32,000 nucleotides of DNA from Prochlorococcus marinus subsp. pastoris str. CCMP1986 (lineage in GTDB: Bacteria > Cyanobacteriota > Cyanobacteriia > PCC-6307 > Cyanobiaceae). A program made the position numbers and the translations under genes. The stretch lies in assembly GCF_000011465.1 (NCBI RefSeq), contig NC_005072.1, positions 1,530,001 through 1,562,000 on the forward strand, written 5' to 3'. The stretch's first letter is position 1; every line of letters starts with the position of its first letter. Below, piece by piece: positions 30,527-32,000 of the stretch. The notes under the pieces were generated by a model. The model was not told where the DNA came from, searched no databases, and saw only the letters and a list, made by a program, of their open reading frames with translations.

Positions 30527-30856
30527 CTATATTTTAATCCAACCCCTTTTAGTTCTATTAGGATGTTCAATAAATTGATTTGTTAGCAATTCTACTCGTG
30601 CCCAAGTATCATTTTCTTTGACTACCCATTTTTGTAAAACTGATAATGAAGAACCGGTATCAAGAACCAACAATTTTTTAGCGTTAATTTTTGGAAAAGT
30701 ATAAAGTGAACAATTTGAATTTAATATGATTTCTTTGGAATTATTAAGAGTATTATATTTGTTTAAATCCCTTTGTATTCCTCCTGCAGGTAATGTAATT
30801 GGGCCAATCAGAGCGAATCCGATTAAACAAATATTTTTTATCACATTTTTTATCAT
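30527..30856 (-). CDS. Small exported/anchored hypothetical protein with a bacterial SH3-like pattern
   Basis: 109 aa with an N-terminal hydrophobic segment ([14 protein letters not shown]), then [42 protein letters not shown], which resembles SH3b domains. Its ATG overlaps the gyrB stop as ATGA. Confidence 0.5.
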   Translation of the reverse strand: MIKNVIKNICLIGFALIGPITLPAGGIQRDLNKYNTLNNSKEIILNSNCSLYTFPKINAKKLLVLDTGSSLSVLQKWVVKENDTWARVELLTNQFIEHPNRTKRGWIKI

Positions 30857-32000
30857 ATATCTAATGTCGCCATATCTAAATTGGCACTATGAGTTTCAAT
30901 AAACTCTCTTCTTGGTGCCACTTTATCTCCCATCAAAATATTGAAAATTCTATCTGCTTCTAGAGCATCTTCAATTTCTACTCTTTTCATCATTCGTGTC
31001 TGAGGATTCATTGTTGTATCCCATAATTGTTTAGGCATCATTTCACCTAAACCTTTAAATCTTTGAATATTATAGTTAGCTTTTTCTCCAAAATCTTCTA
31101 TAGTTTGCTTCAATTGATTTTCGTTATAGCAATATTTATGATTTTTTCCTCTTTCAACTTTGTATAAAGGGGGACAAGCAATGTATATAAAACCTTTTTC
31201 AACGAGATCCCTTTGATATCTATAAAAAAAAGTTAATAGTAATGTTCTAATATGTGCCCCATCTACGTCTGCATCAGTCATAATTACAACCCTATGATAC
31301 CTAAGAGAATTTACATTAAACTCTTCACCCTTTATACCCAATCCCAAAGCAGTGATTAGTGATTGAATTTCTGTATTTTTATATATTTTTGCATCATCTG
31401 TTTTTTCAATATTTAATATTTTTCCTCTCAAAGGTAAAATCGCCTGAAATCTCCTATCTCTTCCTTGTTTAGCTGAACCTCCAGCGGAATCACCCTCAAC
31501 TATATAAATCTCTGCACCTGAGGGATCTCTTGAACTGCAATCTGCCAATTTGCCAGGCAAAGTTGAACTCTCAAGAACACTTTTTCTCCTTACTAAATCC
31601 CTCGCTCGTTTAGCTGCTTCTGCCGCATTAAAAGATTGAATTGCTTTTTCTAGAATTAAATCAAAAACATTAGGATTAAATTCCATATACTTTATTAATG
31701 ATTCTCCTATGAGCGAATCAACAATCCCTCTCACTTCAGTATTTCCCAATTTTGTCTTTGTTTGACCTTCAAATTCCGGTTCTGGAACTTTTACAGATAA
31801 TACGACTGTCAAACCTTCTCTAATATTTTCTCCTGACAAATTTTTATCAACTTCTTTTCTTTTACCTCTTTTTTTCGCGATAGCATTAAAAGTTCTAGTC
31901 AATACAGTTTTTAAGCCATCTATATGCGTGCCGCCATCTATCGTTCTGATATTATTTGCAAATCCCAATATATTATCTGAATAAACATCCGAGCACCATT
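30853..32000 (-). CDS. gyrB: DNA gyrase subunit B, C-terminal part (5' end lies beyond the right edge)
   Basis: Toprim and tail motifs are present: [20 protein letters not shown]-type ([34 protein letters not shown]), [26 protein letters not shown] and RFKGLGEM...LWDTTMNP. The frame stays open to position 32000, so the M at 31968 in the track is internal. Confidence 0.95.
   Translation of the reverse strand, partial: WCSDVYSDNILGFANNIRTIDGGTHIDGLKTVLTRTFNAIAKKRGKRKEVDKNLSGENIREGLTVVLSVKVPEPEFEGQTKTKLGNTEVRGIVDSLIGESLIKYMEFNPNVFDLILEKAIQSFNAAEAAKRARDLVRRKSVLESSTLPGKLADCSSRDPSGAEIYIVEGDSAGGSAKQGRDRRFQAILPLRGKILNIEKTDDAKIYKNTEIQSLITALGLGIKGEEFNVNSLRYHRVVIMTDADVDGAHIRTLLLTFFYRYQRDLVEKGFIYIACPPLYKVERGKNHKYCYNENQLKQTIEDFGEKANYNIQRFKGLGEMMPKQLWDTTMNPQTRMMKRVEIEDALEADRIFNILMGDKVAPRREFIETHSANLDMATLDI

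Overview
The window is AT-rich and tightly packed. Its gene content and order (psaC / acpP-fabF-tktA / thiC, mreBCD, ndhS, rnpB) fit the core chromosome of a marine picocyanobacterium, most likely a high-light-adapted Prochlorococcus. That assignment rests on composition and synteny as I recall them, not on a search. I can support 36 protein-coding genes (two truncated at the window edges), one tRNA-Arg(CCT), the RNase P RNA (rnpB) and a TPP riboswitch upstream of thiC. Nearly all genes are housekeeping: glycogen phosphorylase, RNase III, RimM, GlmS, PsaC, ACP/FabF, transketolase, ThiC, RuvB, SmpB, LysRS, MreBCD, SSB, AhcY, TsaE, a group-2-type sigma factor, MgtE, two CrcB and GyrB. I found no integrase, transposase, CRISPR array, restriction/defence-type gene, phage gene or duplicated tRNA end. 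By eye this is not an accessory island, and I cannot honestly nominate a new multi-gene system here. Several things deserve a second look. (1) A 119-codon minus-strand frame broken by a single in-frame TAA, with no start codon for its larger part, is a likely decaying gene beside the tRNA/rnpB locus. (2) tRNA-Arg and rnpB sit back to back around a 38-bp spacer with a palindromic -10-like element, and rnc starts 23 nt after rnpB. (3) An 83-codon gene of unknown function between smpB and lysS is unusually GC-rich. (4) An OmpR-family response regulator has no kinase in the window and has direct repeats upstream. (5) A stem-loop plus T13 tract lies in a divergent promoter region. (6) A run of overlapping or near-abutting genes, gyrB / SH3-like / crcB / crcB (mgtE follows after 42 nt), has no fluoride or Mg riboswitch. 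Several first starts in the ORF track look like N-terminal over-extensions (glmS, smpB, mreB, the sigma factor, possibly tsaE and the second crcB).
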